From the NCBI GenBank assembly GCA_046160845.1, contig JBJXHD010000006.1:15174-79173 (forward strand): DNA of 64,000 nucleotides. Direction: 5' to 3'. A model generated the notes under the pieces. That model was not told the origin of the DNA. It saw only the letters and a list, made by a program, of their open reading frames with translations, and searched no databases. Below are positions 9,783 through 20,180 of the stretch, piece by piece (position 1 is the first letter of the stretch; the number at the start of each line of letters is the position of its first letter). The stretch is from Hyphomicrobium sp. Its GTDB lineage: Bacteria; Pseudomonadota; Alphaproteobacteria; Rhizobiales; Hyphomicrobiaceae. The position numbers were made by a program, and so were the translations under genes.

Positions 9783-11888
9783 ATGTCGCGCGTTGCGACC
9801 GCAACGATCGCATTGGGGATTTTGGCGCTGGCAGCAATGCCGGCCGCGGCCGCCGACGAGATCGTCCCGGAGTTGCCTGAACCGATCGCCTGCGCCGCGC
9901 AAGCAGACGACCCGACAATCGCCGAGCCCGAGAAGAGCGCTTGGTCCGACTGCGAGAAATGGGTCTGGTCGTGCGTTCGCCGCGGCCTCGAGGCCAATAT
10001 GTTCTCGAAGCAGTGTCTCGTTCCGCGCCAGGCCGATACGACGGCCCAGCGCAAAAAGTATCGTTTCGCGCCGTTCGTCACGCCTGACGTTTACGCGTCG
10101 AGCAACGCGCTTTCGGACAAGTTTCTGATCGCGGTTCTGACCAAGCCGCCCTATGTCGCGCAGGTCCCTCCGGTCGGCGTGCGCATTTTCGGCGCCTACT
10201 TCGCCGATCCGGTCAATCTCGAAAACCTCACCACCGTTATCAATTTAGTGCTCGACGCGTCGATGGCCCGCCAAGGCCTGCGCATGACGAACTTCCGAAC
10301 GGACAAAAACCTGTCGATCGACGGCTCCAACGTTCGCGGGCCCACATTCCTCATGCGCGCTCGCGTCGAAGGTTCGATCTTCATGGAGAAGAGCGTCGTC
10401 GACAGCGTTGATCTCAACGACGCGCGCATCGGCTCCAGCTTCGAAGCGACTGGCGCCCTATTCAACGGCGATTTGCGCATGCATCGCGCGTACGTCGCCG
10501 GCAAGGTCATACTGACGAAAGCGCTGCTGACCACCTTGAACGCCTGGAACAGCCACTTCGGCTCATCGCTTGAAATGCGGCTCGCCGACATCCGCAAAGG
10601 CCTTGACCTGACGGGGTCGACCGTCGACGGAGACGTTCGTCTCCCGGAGGTGAGCTTCGGCCGCCGCATCGCCGCCGACCCTCTCCACTGCGATTGGAAT
10701 CCGGCGGCGCGAACGGAGCACATTCTGAACCTGCTCAAGACTTTGCTGCCGCCAGACAGATTCGAAGCGGCGTGGCGCGAGACGGTCGAGTTGCGCGACG
10801 TGAAAAACGGCGTTCCCATGCCGAACGCCTGCATTTCCGACGAGCCTTCGGCGCAGCCCGCGGTCAAGGAAAACGCGCTGCTTCGCGACATGACGATCAA
10901 GGGCACGCTGTGCCTCGTCGACGTGACAGGCGAAATCCAAACGAGCGACGCGGCTCAACCAGTTGCCCAATCGATCGCGACGATCTCCCTCGACGGCACG
11001 CAGGCGAAGTCGACGATCCTGAGCTGGAAGCCGTCGCCGAGCGCGACCGAATGGCGCGCCGTCAACTTCAAGACCGACTACCTGCTGATCAATCTGCACA
11101 GCCAGCCCAACGTCCACTACATCGACAATCTGGAACTCGGCCTGATCACGCTGCTCAAGTCCGACGCCACCGCCGTCGCCGCGCAAGCGCCGAAGATGAG
11201 CGACGAACACCTCGTGAAGCTCAAGTGCGACGTCAAGCCCGGGACCCAAACAACCGACGTGGCCGGAGACCGGGATACGCAAGACCGTTTGGTCCGGTTC
11301 TTCATGAGCGACCAGTCGGGAAGCGCGCAGCCGTTCTCGGCCATCGTCGCGAGCCTCGATTCAACCGGCGTCAACACGGTCCATCTCAAAAAGGCGCTGA
11401 GCGCTCTCAAGTATCGGAACCTCTGCGCCTCGTCTCAAATGTCGCAATCGTCGAGCAATCCCGCCGCGACCCTTGGCGAAAGATTGACGACCGTGAAGGC
11501 CTCAGAAGCCGCGAAACTCGCGCTCGACGGGGTGTGCTCAATGGGGCTCGCGTCATACGCGGCCCTCGTCTCCTACGGGCATGAGCCACACCGGCTGTTC
11601 TATTTCACGATAGGAATGATCGTGTTGTTCTGGGCGCTGCTCAAGCTCGACGGACCGCCGCCGGCCGAAGCGCCCGCCGCAGCGAGCGTCCGGCCCGCCG
11701 GACACAGGTTCGACGTCGCGTACGCGATCGACAATTTCAATCCGCTGAAAACGTACAGGATCGACCGGGAGCGTTCGGAAATCCTACCGAATAAGCGTTG
11801 GCTCAGGTTCTATCGCGCCTGCCACCGCGTCGTCGGCTCCCTGTTCCTCGTGCTGATCCTGCTCATCGTCTATAAAATCGTGCGCTGA
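9783..11888 (+). CDS. Hypothetical exported/membrane protein with beta-helix-like repeats and C-terminal membrane segments
   Basis: Signal-like N-terminus; recurring xxLxxAxI/VxG spacing (VDLNDARIGSSFEATGA, LDLTGSTVDGDV); C-terminal YGHEPHR-TM ... YAIDNFNPL ... TM. Codon usage is host-like. Confidence 0.6.
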   Translation: MSRVATATIALGILALAAMPAAAADEIVPELPEPIACAAQADDPTIAEPEKSAWSDCEKWVWSCVRRGLEANMFSKQCLVPRQADTTAQRKKYRFAPFVTPDVYASSNALSDKFLIAVLTKPPYVAQVPPVGVRIFGAYFADPVNLENLTTVINLVLDASMARQGLRMTNFRTDKNLSIDGSNVRGPTFLMRARVEGSIFMEKSVVDSVDLNDARIGSSFEATGALFNGDLRMHRAYVAGKVILTKALLTTLNAWNSHFGSSLEMRLADIRKGLDLTGSTVDGDVRLPEVSFGRRIAADPLHCDWNPAARTEHILNLLKTLLPPDRFEAAWRETVELRDVKNGVPMPNACISDEPSAQPAVKENALLRDMTIKGTLCLVDVTGEIQTSDAAQPVAQSIATISLDGTQAKSTILSWKPSPSATEWRAVNFKTDYLLINLHSQPNVHYIDNLELGLITLLKSDATAVAAQAPKMSDEHLVKLKCDVKPGTQTTDVAGDRDTQDRLVRFFMSDQSGSAQPFSAIVASLDSTGVNTVHLKKALSALKYRNLCASSQMSQSSSNPAATLGERLTTVKASEAAKLALDGVCSMGLASYAALVSYGHEPHRLFYFTIGMIVLFWALLKLDGPPPAEAPAAASVRPAGHRFDVAYAIDNFNPLKTYRIDRERSEILPNKRWLRFYRACHRVVGSLFLVLILLIVYKIVR

Positions 11889-11902
11889 AGCGGCCCGTGC
11901 GC

Positions 11903-12886
11903 CTACGGCGCCGCCCGACGCGACAGCGACACGGCGTAGGACGTGCTGCGAACGGGCAAGACTGTATCGTCCGGCGCGCCGGCAAGCCCGGCCGCCAGAT
12001 TGTTCGGATCGAACGTCGTCGCGTCACAGGTCGCGTTGTCTTCGAGCGCGGTGATTTCGATTTTGCCGAGCTTGACCTTTTTCCGATCGGCTTCCGGCCA
12101 ATCGATCGACGGATCGTTGGTCGGATCGCCCTTTTGCCCGATGATCGCCACGAGATCGAAGCCGATCGGCGCCTTGGCGAGACGGTCGCCAAGATCGGCG
12201 GTGAAGAAATTATCCGGCTTGGCTTTCGCTTCCTCGTCCGTCAGCTCGAGTTCGCCTGCGAGCGGGATCGACTTGAATTTGATCGTGGTCGTCTCGCCCT
12301 TGGCGTTCTCGGCGATGAAGGCGTGGATGCCCCAATAGTTCAGCCCTGCGTAGCTAGCCGGGATCGGCTTTGAGTCGATAAAGACAGTCTGCTTCACGGT
12401 GTTGGGATTAGCGGCACTGAACGCCTTGATCTTTTCGACGTCGCCTTTGCCTAATCCGGCCCCGGCGCGCACTTGCAGGAACGCCAACGCCTGCTCGGCC
12501 GTCTTGGCGAAGAAAATGGGGGCCGAAAGCTGGACGAAATCGACAGGCGACTTGCCGTCGGGATCAAAGCGCATGGCGAGGCCGCGGGACGATCTGATTT
12601 TTTCGCCAGCCTTCGGATCGCCGCCGCCGAACGAGAATCGCCCGAGCAGCGGCGCCCGCGCTGCGAACAACGGCGCCTTCGACAGCGCGGCCGCTTCCGG
12701 CGTCGGCGTGAAGCGGCCTTTCACACATTGCCCCTTGGCATGACTGCCCCGCGCGCCGGCGTGCTTGCCGAAAATTCCATTCAGCGAGTCGACAAGCGCC
12801 TCGCCGGAAACCTCGTCGGCGCTTGCGGCGTTTGATGATGCGAGTCCAATCATCGCCACCGCAACGGCGGCTGCTAGCGTTCTCAT
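11903..12886 (-). CDS. Periplasmic catalase-related peroxidase (SrpA-like)
   Basis: RGSHAKG (distal His), GRFSFGGG, RGLAMRF, RSTSYAVS (proximal Tyr RxxxY); signal peptide from MRTLAAA. Confidence 0.85.
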   Translation of the reverse strand: MRTLAAAVAVAMIGLASSNAASADEVSGEALVDSLNGIFGKHAGARGSHAKGQCVKGRFTPTPEAAALSKAPLFAARAPLLGRFSFGGGDPKAGEKIRSSRGLAMRFDPDGKSPVDFVQLSAPIFFAKTAEQALAFLQVRAGAGLGKGDVEKIKAFSAANPNTVKQTVFIDSKPIPASYAGLNYWGIHAFIAENAKGETTTIKFKSIPLAGELELTDEEAKAKPDNFFTADLGDRLAKAPIGFDLVAIIGQKGDPTNDPSIDWPEADRKKVKLGKIEITALEDNATCDATTFDPNNLAAGLAGAPDDTVLPVRSTSYAVSLSRRAAP

Positions 12887-13013
12887 GCGTAACTCTCCGT
12901 ATCTCGCGCCGTCCACGACGGTCTGGTGGTTTCGCGGCGCCCAAACTCGCACATTTGACCGATCCGGCCATATCGCTTTTTACGAAAACCAATTGACGGA
13001 ATGATGCCCGCAT

Positions 13014-13562
13014 TCAGCGCCGCACGCGGCGGCGCGGCTCAGCCGGCGACTCGGTCTCGGCAGGCGCTGCGGCGTCCGCTGCATCGGCCGGTGCCGCGAC
13101 CCCGCCCTGACGGGGCGGTTGCGGCGAACGCTGCGCCGTCGTTTTCGTCGGTCCCTTGCACTCGGTCAGCCACACGTCGACGGTCGGATGTTCAACGCCG
13201 TAGAGCCCGGGGCTTTCGGCGAACATCCAGCCGGTGAAAATCCGCTTCTCCGCACCGTCGAGCTGCACCTCGTCGACTTCGACGAACGTCGTCGTCTTCG
13301 GTTGCTCGGTCGGGGGGCGCGAATAACAGGTCCGCGGCGTCACTTTCAGCGATCCGAACGCCGCCGATTTACCAAGTTCCACTTCGAATTTCGAAATCCG
13401 CGCCGTCACCTTGTCGAGGCCCGAAAACACCGCGGTATTGTTTTCGATGCGTTCGGCGCGCGCCGGTGGCGCCAAAGCGATCGTGACGAACGCCGCGGCG
13501 GCTCCGCCCAGCGCCCAGAGCCAGATCACGTCCGCCGATTGAATGTCGTCAGCGTTGTTCAC
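13014..13562 (-). CDS. DUF2155 family exported protein
   Basis: AVFSGLDKVTAR, FTGWMFAESPGLYGVEHPTVDVWLTEC. Confidence 0.85.
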   Translation of the reverse strand: MNNADDIQSADVIWLWALGGAAAAFVTIALAPPARAERIENNTAVFSGLDKVTARISKFEVELGKSAAFGSLKVTPRTCYSRPPTEQPKTTTFVEVDEVQLDGAEKRIFTGWMFAESPGLYGVEHPTVDVWLTECKGPTKTTAQRSPQPPRQGGVAAPADAADAAAPAETESPAEPRRRVRR

Positions 13563-13643
13563 GTCGCTTAAGTCCTGATCCGCGCCTCAGCCCGGCGCGA
13601 TGTTCGGCGACTGTCCGCCAAATGGTGTCATGACGATGGCCGT

Positions 13644-14042
13644 CTAGTTGGGTTTCCACGGCTTGTAATCGCCGCTGGACGGCTGGCGATCGCCGTCACC
13701 CAGGATCGATCCTTTGGGCCGATAGGCGCCGGCCGTCCCGGTCAAATTCGCCTGGTGCGGCTTCTCCCACGGATGGGCGCGGTATGTGTCTTCCGTCGGC
13801 GGCGTATCGACCGTGTGATGCAGCCACCCGTGCCACTCGGGCGGCACTTGGCTGGCTTCGGAAAGATTCGGATAGATCACCCAGCGCGCCGGCACGCCGA
13901 GCGGTCCGATGCCCGACTTCTGCACATAATAGCGGTTGCCGAAGTCGTCGCCGCCGACCAGCCGGCCCTTGCGCCACGTGAACAGGCGCGTGCCCCACGT
14001 ATTGCCGCCCCACCAGCTGAAGATCTCGGTCAGCATGCTCAT
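13644..14042 (-). CDS. NADH:ubiquinone oxidoreductase NDUFA12-family protein
   Basis: G.DDFGNRYY, RWVIY, ASQVPPEWHGWLHH, WEKPHQANLTGT, W.P C-terminus. Confidence 0.92.
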   Translation of the reverse strand: MSMLTEIFSWWGGNTWGTRLFTWRKGRLVGGDDFGNRYYVQKSGIGPLGVPARWVIYPNLSEASQVPPEWHGWLHHTVDTPPTEDTYRAHPWEKPHQANLTGTAGAYRPKGSILGDGDRQPSSGDYKPWKPN

Positions 14043-14307
14043 GCGCGCGTCGCCTCGCGGTGGCTGGCATCAAATTTTGCCGCCTTCGCACTAGCGTCGG
14101 ACGCGCATTTTTGTCCAGCAGAGAGTCCACCATTCAGGCGGCGGCAAATGCGCAACACACCTGAGGCGGAATCGCGATAGTCTTGGTCCCTCGGCCCCCA
14201 AAAAGTGTGCCGCTAGCGGCTTACTAACAGCCCTCACTGCGGCTCCAAACCGCAAGTCAGCCCGCAAATTGGGCGTTCCAGGCGCCCTCCCCCACAGGTT
14301 GCCAACA

Positions 14308-14354
14308 CCACTACATATTGTGTCGGTTGTCGCTGCTACTACAATATATGCCAT
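14308..14354. promoter_or_regulatory. Tandem NrdR boxes upstream of nrdJ
   Basis: CCACTACATATTGTGT (14308-14323) and weaker CTACAATATATGCCAT (14339-14354), 31 bp apart, matching acaCwAtATaTwGtgt and the usual tandem spacing. Confidence 0.8.
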
Positions 14355-14750
14355 TTCTCCAATGACGCCCCGCTCGAATCGTCCTAGCTTTTTGTCTTGA
14401 GCGAGGCGGCTGGCGACTGTCGCATCCATTCTGGCTCACCGCATCGGACGGCAAGGCCTTCGGACCGTGTCCATCCGGCCGCTTCGGCCCAGCTGCGGCG
14501 TCTTTGTCGAGTGAAACGGGCCTTCGCCCATCAGTCCAATCCGTGTCCGTGTTTCAGCGTCGAAGCGCGTTGCAATCAGCGCGCAGGGGATTCGACGTCT
14601 GCTGTTTGAGTTCGTTCCGTTCGCGTCAGTCGGTGTGCGCACGTTCGGTCGGGGCCGAGCGCAGGCAGCGTCGACTCCACTCACACGACGGCGACGGCCG
14701 CCAACAACCGGGCCGCGTCAGGCAAGCATTCATTCGGGGGCACGACACAC

Positions 14751-17700
14751 ATGAAGATCACGCGGCGCTTTACGCAAGCCGGACAATCGCCATACGCACC
14801 GATCGCCTTCCGGCGCGCTGTCTCCGAAATCAAGAACCCCGACGGTTCGATCGTCTTCCGCCTCGACGGCTTCGATGTCCCCGAACACTTCAGCCAGGTC
14901 GCCGCCGACATCCTCGCGCAGAAATATTTCCGCAAAGCCGGCGTCGCCCGGCGCCTCAAGAAATTCGAAGAGACGCAGGTGCCCTCGTGGCTGTGGCGCT
15001 CGATCCCCGACGAATCGGCGCTCGCCGCATTGCCCGAAAAGGAGCGCACGGGTGGGGAAAGCGACGCGCGGCAGGTGTTCGACCGCCTCGCCGGCACATG
15101 GACCTACTGGGGCTGGAAGGGCGGCTATTTCTCGACCGAAGAGGACGCTCAGGCGTTCTTCGACGAGATGCGCTACATGCTCGCCATGCAGATGGCGGCG
15201 CCAAACTCGCCGCAGTGGTTCAACACCGGCCTGCACTGGGCCTATGGCATCGACGGCCCCGGCCAGGGACATATGTACGTCGATTTCCAAACGGGCGAAC
15301 TGACCAACTCGTCGTCGGCCTATGAACATCCCCAGCCCCACGCCTGCTTCATTCAATCCGTCGCTGACGATCTCGTCGGCGACGGCGGCATCATGGACCT
15401 GTGGGTGCGCGAAGCGCGCCTGTTCAAATACGGCTCCGGCACCGGCTCGAATTTCTCCTCGCTGCGCGGCGCCAATGAAAAGCTGTCAGGCGGCGGACGC
15501 TCCTCCGGCCTGATGAGCTTCCTCAAAATCGGCGACCGCGCCGCCGGCGCCATCAAGTCAGGCGGTACGACACGACGCGCGGCCAAAATGGTCGTCGTCG
15601 ACGTCGATCATCCCGACATCGAGGAATACATCGGCTGGAAGGTGCGCGAGGAGCAGAAGGTCGCCGCACTCGTGACAGGCTCCAAGATCTGCCAGAAGCG
15701 CCTCAAGGCCGTGATGAAGGCCTGCGTCAATTGCGAGGCCGAAGACGACGCGTGCTTCGAGCCGACCAAGAACCCCAAACTCAAGCAGGCGATCCGCGAA
15801 GCCAAGCGCGACCTCGTTCCCAACAACTACATCCTGCGCGTCATCCAGTTCGCCAAGCAGGGCTACAAGGACATCGAGTTCGACACCTACGATACCGATT
15901 GGGACAGCGAAGCCTATCTGACCGTCTCGGGCCAGAACTCGAACAACTCGGTGCGCGTCACCGATGCTTTCCTCGACGCCGTCGTCGACGACAAGCCTTG
16001 GAATCTCACCTCCCGCCTCGGAAACAAGACGACCAAGACGCTGCAGGCGCGCGACCTCTGGGAGCAGATCGGCCATGCCGCCTGGGCTTCCGCCGATCCG
16101 GGCATCCAGTTCCACACCACGATCAATGACTGGCACACTTGCCCGCAATCGGGACCGATCCGCGCCTCGAACCCGTGCTCGGAGTATATGTTCCTCGACG
16201 ACACAGCCTGCAATCTCGCCTCGCTGAACCTGCTGCGCTTCCGCCGCGAAGACGCATCCTTCGACGTCGAGAGCTACGAGCACGCCTGCCGCCTGTGGAC
16301 CCTTGTGCTCGAAATCTCCGTGCTCATGGCGCAGTTCCCCTCGCGCCAGATCGCAGAGCTGAGCTATCGCTACAGAACGCTCGGCCTCGGCTTCGCCAAC
16401 ATCGGCGGCCTCTTGATGTCGGCCGGCATCTCCTACGATTCCGCTGAAGGCCGCGCCATCTGCGGCGCGATCTCGGCGATCATGACCGGCGTCTCCTACG
16501 CAACGAGCGCGGAAATGGCCGGCGAGCTCGGCGCCTTCCCCGGCTTCACGCCGAACGCCGTCGACATGCTGCGCGTGATGCGCAACCACCGCCGCGCCGC
16601 CTATGGCTACGCCGACGGCTATGAACAGCTGTCGATCGCGCCCGTGCCGCTCGACCACGCCTCATGCCCCGACAAGCGTCTCGTCGAAGCGGCGATGCTC
16701 GCCTGGGACCGCGCGCTCGCGCTCGGCGAAGAGCACGGCTATCGCAACGCCCAGGCGACCGTCGTCGCGCCAACGGGCACCATCGGCCTCGTCATGGACT
16801 GCGACACGACCGGCATCGAGCCCGATTTCGCGCTCGTCAAGTTCAAGAAGCTGGCCGGCGGCGGCTACTTTAAGATCATCAACCAGTCGGTGCCCGAAGC
16901 GCTGCGCACGCTCGGCTATCGCGAGAGTGAGATCGCCGAGATCGAGGTCTACGCCGTCGGCCACGCCTCGATGCGCCAGTCGCCGGCGATCAATCACACG
17001 ACGCTGAAGGCGCGCGGCTTCACCGACGCGGCTCTCGAAAAGATCGAAGCCGGACTCGCCTCCGCCTTCGACATCAAGTTCGTGTTCAACCGCTGGAGCC
17101 TCGGCGACGAGTTCCTGACCGGCGCGCTCGCCGTGCCAGCCGACAAGCTCGCCGATCCCGCCTTCGACCTGCTCGCCCATCTCGGCTTTTCGAAGCGCGA
17201 TATCGAAGCGGCCAACGAGCACGTCTGCGGGGCGATGACGCTCGAAGGCGCGCCACACCTCAAGGACGAGCACCTTCCGGTGTTCGACTGCGCCAATCCG
17301 TGCGGCCGCAAGGGCAAGCGGTTCCTCTCGGTCGAGAGCCACATCCGCATGATGGCGGCGTCGCAGCCGTTCATCTCGGGCGCGATCTCGAAAACCATCA
17401 ACATGCCGAACGACGCCACGGTGAAGGACTGCAAAGAGTCCTACATGCTGTCGTGGAAGCTGGCGCTCAAAGCCAACGCGCTCTATCGCGACGGCTCGAA
17501 GCTGTCGCAGCCCCTGAACAGCCAGGTGCTCGGCGACGACGACGCGGCGGATGACGCGGCCGAACAACTGGCGGCATCGCCGGCAATGGCCGCACGCACC
17601 GCGATCATCACCGAAAAGATCGTCGAACGCATCGTCGAGCGCGTGCAGTACATCAAGCAGCAGGAGCGCGACAAGCTGCCGGGCCGGCGCAAGGGCTACA

Positions 17701-18503
17701 CGCAGAAGGCCAGCGTCGGCGGCCACAAGGTGTATCTGCGCACCGGCGAATACGACGACGGCAAGCTCGGCGAGATCTTCATCGACATGCACAAGGAAGG
17801 CGCCGCGTTCCGGTCGCTGATGAACAACTTCGCCATCGCCATCTCGCTCGGCCTGCAGTACGGCGTGCCGCTCGAAGAATACGTCGAAGCCTTCACGTTC
17901 ACGCGCTTCGAGCCGGCCGGACTCGTGCAGGGCAACGAGACCATCAAGAACGCCACGTCGATCCTCGACTACATCTTCCGCGAACTCGCCGTATCGTATC
18001 TCGGCCGTCACGATCTGGCCCACGTCGACCCGCGCGAGATCGTCGGCGAGACGGGGCTCGGCTCCAGCGACGACGCGACAGATGAGCAGCTCGACCTCGA
18101 TCTGCCTGAGCGTTTCGTCTCGAAGGGCCTCGTGCGCGGCGCGCCGGTGCTGCGCGTGGCGGCCCGGTCCGCCAATCCGTCGCCGCGCCCCTCCTCGCTC
18201 GGGGCGGCGGCCGTCGATGCGGCGGGCGCCTACGACGTCAGCCCGCGCTTCGTCGACTCGACACTCACCCACGGCGCAACGGCGCTCGCCGTCGACCACG
18301 CGGTCAGCCTGCGTTCATCTTCGGTCAGCGAGATTGCGCCGGCGGTGCTGACCAAATCGGAATTGTTCAAGCAGCGCGTCACGGAAGCCAAGCTGCGCGG
18401 CTACGAAGGCGTGTCGTGCAGCGAGTGCCACAACTTCACGATGGTGCGGAATGGCACGTGTCTCAAATGCGACACGTGCGGGTCGACGAGCGGCTGTTCG
18501 TGA
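14751..18503 (+). CDS. nrdJ: Class II (adenosylcobalamin-dependent) ribonucleotide reductase
   Basis: [35 protein letters not shown]-like C-terminal region and terminal Zn ribbon CSEC...CDTCG; no intein-sized insertion seen. Confidence 0.96.
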   Translation: MKITRRFTQAGQSPYAPIAFRRAVSEIKNPDGSIVFRLDGFDVPEHFSQVAADILAQKYFRKAGVARRLKKFEETQVPSWLWRSIPDESALAALPEKERTGGESDARQVFDRLAGTWTYWGWKGGYFSTEEDAQAFFDEMRYMLAMQMAAPNSPQWFNTGLHWAYGIDGPGQGHMYVDFQTGELTNSSSAYEHPQPHACFIQSVADDLVGDGGIMDLWVREARLFKYGSGTGSNFSSLRGANEKLSGGGRSSGLMSFLKIGDRAAGAIKSGGTTRRAAKMVVVDVDHPDIEEYIGWKVREEQKVAALVTGSKICQKRLKAVMKACVNCEAEDDACFEPTKNPKLKQAIREAKRDLVPNNYILRVIQFAKQGYKDIEFDTYDTDWDSEAYLTVSGQNSNNSVRVTDAFLDAVVDDKPWNLTSRLGNKTTKTLQARDLWEQIGHAAWASADPGIQFHTTINDWHTCPQSGPIRASNPCSEYMFLDDTACNLASLNLLRFRREDASFDVESYEHACRLWTLVLEISVLMAQFPSRQIAELSYRYRTLGLGFANIGGLLMSAGISYDSAEGRAICGAISAIMTGVSYATSAEMAGELGAFPGFTPNAVDMLRVMRNHRRAAYGYADGYEQLSIAPVPLDHASCPDKRLVEAAMLAWDRALALGEEHGYRNAQATVVAPTGTIGLVMDCDTTGIEPDFALVKFKKLAGGGYFKIINQSVPEALRTLGYRESEIAEIEVYAVGHASMRQSPAINHTTLKARGFTDAALEKIEAGLASAFDIKFVFNRWSLGDEFLTGALAVPADKLADPAFDLLAHLGFSKRDIEAANEHVCGAMTLEGAPHLKDEHLPVFDCANPCGRKGKRFLSVESHIRMMAASQPFISGAISKTINMPNDATVKDCKESYMLSWKLALKANALYRDGSKLSQPLNSQVLGDDDAADDAAEQLAASPAMAARTAIITEKIVERIVERVQYIKQQERDKLPGRRKGYTQKASVGGHKVYLRTGEYDDGKLGEIFIDMHKEGAAFRSLMNNFAIAISLGLQYGVPLEEYVEAFTFTRFEPAGLVQGNETIKNATSILDYIFRELAVSYLGRHDLAHVDPREIVGETGLGSSDDATDEQLDLDLPERFVSKGLVRGAPVLRVAARSANPSPRPSSLGAAAVDAAGAYDVSPRFVDSTLTHGATALAVDHAVSLRSSSVSEIAPAVLTKSELFKQRVTEAKLRGYEGVSCSECHNFTMVRNGTCLKCDTCGSTSGCS

Positions 18504-18610
18504 GGCTGCGGGCGTTTTCTGTGAATTGTTGCGGCGCGGCGCGTTGCGTCGGGCCGTGTTGAGCGGGTTTGGTCTGGGCTGGTTCTGCGTTTTTCGAATG
18601 GAGTGACGAC

Positions 18611-18787
18611 ATGGGACTGGCAGAACCGCGCACCACCGCACGCCCCGTTTTCCGCGTCATCGCCGGCGGCAAAGCTCCGCGGCCGAGCACCAAACCGTTT
18701 ATCGAAGCGCTCGACGACGCCGTACGCCCAGCCGACGAACCGCAGGAGCCTGCGCGGGCTTGGTCGGTTGGGGAGATGGTGAGGTAG
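18611..18787 (+). CDS. Hypothetical 58-aa protein
   Basis: GGAG 7 nt before ATG; contains FRVIAGGK; its stop is followed closely by the next ORF. Confidence 0.4.
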   Translation: MGLAEPRTTARPVFRVIAGGKAPRPSTKPFIEALDDAVRPADEPQEPARAWSVGEMVR

Positions 18788-18790
18788 GGC

Positions 18791-19042
18791 GTGCCAATGC
18801 AAAACGGTGCCATCTATGAAACGTGGGTTTATCACCAGCGACTTTCGCCAGCTGGAAAGATTATTCGGTCGGATGAACTCGCCGATTACCGTCGGCGCGG
18901 TTGGGTGGATACTCCGTCAAAATATGGCCGCGGGCCGCGCGGAATATTTTACTCCGCTATTAGCTATCTCGAGACGTGGAACAGAACTGAATTGATGACG
19001 CTCGCGGCGCTTGCAATTGCGGCGGCAGCTTTATTGATATGA
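18791..19042 (+). CDS. Hypothetical 83-aa protein with C-terminal hydrophobic tail
   Basis: GAGG upstream; GWVDTP motif; terminal TM-like LAALAIAAAALLI; AT-richer codons than neighbours. Confidence 0.5.
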   Translation: MPMQNGAIYETWVYHQRLSPAGKIIRSDELADYRRRGWVDTPSKYGRGPRGIFYSAISYLETWNRTELMTLAALAIAAAALLI

Positions 19043-19050
19043 TTTGACAC

Positions 19051-19228
19051 CGTCATCCTCGAACGCGGGAGCGCAGCGACCAAGTTCGGGGATCCAGCAC
19101 AAAACGTGTCGAAGACGCATCATCAAGGCGCTCCCCAAAAGGAGCGCCTTGCGTATTTTTGAGCCGTCGGCGAGTCTTACGCTGGATCCCCGGCCTCGTT
19201 CGCTACGCTCATTCGGCCGAGGATGACG
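19051..19228. repeat. Large REP/MITE-like palindromic element (CGTC-tagged)
   Basis: Terminal inverted repeats CGTCATCCTCG (19051-19061) / CGAGGATGACG (19218-19228); inner inverted repeat GGGGATCCAGC (19088-19098) / GCTGGATCCCC (19181-19191). Confidence 0.85.
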
Positions 19229-19293
19229 TTCGAAAATGCGCGGCTCGCGCCGCGCTCGGCCGAGAATGACGAAAGTGCGATGGGGCGGCATCC

Positions 19294-19599
19294 ATGCACG
19301 CCAAGGCTCCGACCGTTTACATCATGGCGAGCCGCAGAAACGGGACGCTCTACATCGGCGTTACGAGCTACCTTTCCGGACGGAACGCGGAACACAAACA
19401 GGACCTGATCGAAGGGTTCACCAAGCGCTACGGCGTCCACTTGCTCGTTCACTACCAGACGTTTTCGACGATGCCTGACGCCATTGCGCGCGAGAAGAAA
19501 CTCAAGAAATGGCCGCGCGCGAAAAAGATCGCACTGATTGAAGCGACAAATCCCCATTGGCTCGATCTGACAGAGCAGATCGCCGACTGGCGGGAATAG
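19294..19599 (+). CDS. Stand-alone GIY-YIG nuclease (YhbQ/UPF0213-like)
   Basis: VYIMASRRNGTLYIGVT, R..EHK, FTKRYGV..LV, AIAREKKLKKW.R..K..LIE..NP.W.DL. Confidence 0.9.
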   Translation: MHAKAPTVYIMASRRNGTLYIGVTSYLSGRNAEHKQDLIEGFTKRYGVHLLVHYQTFSTMPDAIAREKKLKKWPRAKKIALIEATNPHWLDLTEQIADWRE

Positions 19600-19744
19600 T
19601 GCCACGACCCGCGCATCGCGTCGAAGGGCAGGGGAAGCCGAAATGCACCCTGCGGCGCGAACGACGGGCCTCATGGCGAGCGCACCGCTAGCGCGCCCGC
19701 CGCTCCGCCGCTAATCTCAGCCCCGCCGCCGCCGGAGTCCGCCC

Positions 19745-20089
19745 ATGACGTACGATCAGCTTGTCGCGATCCAGAACTGGATGTCGCTCGTCTTCCTCGT
19801 CTTCATCGCCGCCGGCGCGCTCTATCTGATCGCCGGCATGATCAGCCCGTCGTTCGTCCGCGCACCCGGCCGCGGTCGCGTCATCCTTAAGACGCTGCTG
19901 ATTTGGACCATCGGCGCCGGCGCACTCGCAGGAACGATCGCTTACACCCACAGCCACGAAAACGGCCCGCACAGCGTCAAGGGGTATATCGAAGACTATT
20001 TCAAACAACAGTGCGCCGAGGGCGCCGATCTGCCCGCCTGCCGCGAAGGCTCGGGCGCGCCCGTGACCGCGCCGCCTGCGGCCCGTTGA
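19745..20089 (+). CDS. Hypothetical membrane protein (2 TM, C-terminal Cys pair)
   Basis: Two hydrophobic stretches; GGAG upstream; C....DLPAC. Confidence 0.6.
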   Translation: MTYDQLVAIQNWMSLVFLVFIAAGALYLIAGMISPSFVRAPGRGRVILKTLLIWTIGAGALAGTIAYTHSHENGPHSVKGYIEDYFKQQCAEGADLPACREGSGAPVTAPPAAR

Positions 20090-20180
20090 ACCACGCATGA
20101 ACGGTTAACGAGCGCACGTGCTGGCGCTCCGCGCGTGGCGGCCGGCTCGCGGAACGCGAGTCGCCACGCGCCAGCAAAAA

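Noticed and set aside
14360-14750. Cobalamin riboswitch upstream of nrdJ (also checked before mcmA, mcmB and sodB)
   Set aside because: Could not find the conserved GGGAA...CCCGC.ACTGT / B12-box arrangement; a lone ACTGTA near 30540 lacks the rest.
16662-18299. 545-aa antisense ORF within nrdJ (likewise 23721-25946 over groEL, 60369-61673 over kdpA, 7732-8619, 40615-42054)
   Set aside because: Shadow ORFs expected opposite GC3-biased genes; no recognisable motifs or RBS.
14751-19599. Intein in nrdJ, or the GIY-YIG as an RNR-targeting homing endonuclease
   Set aside because: NrdJ motifs are contiguous with no splicing signatures; the nuclease is a minimal YhbQ-like domain without the DNA-binding extension of homing enzymes.
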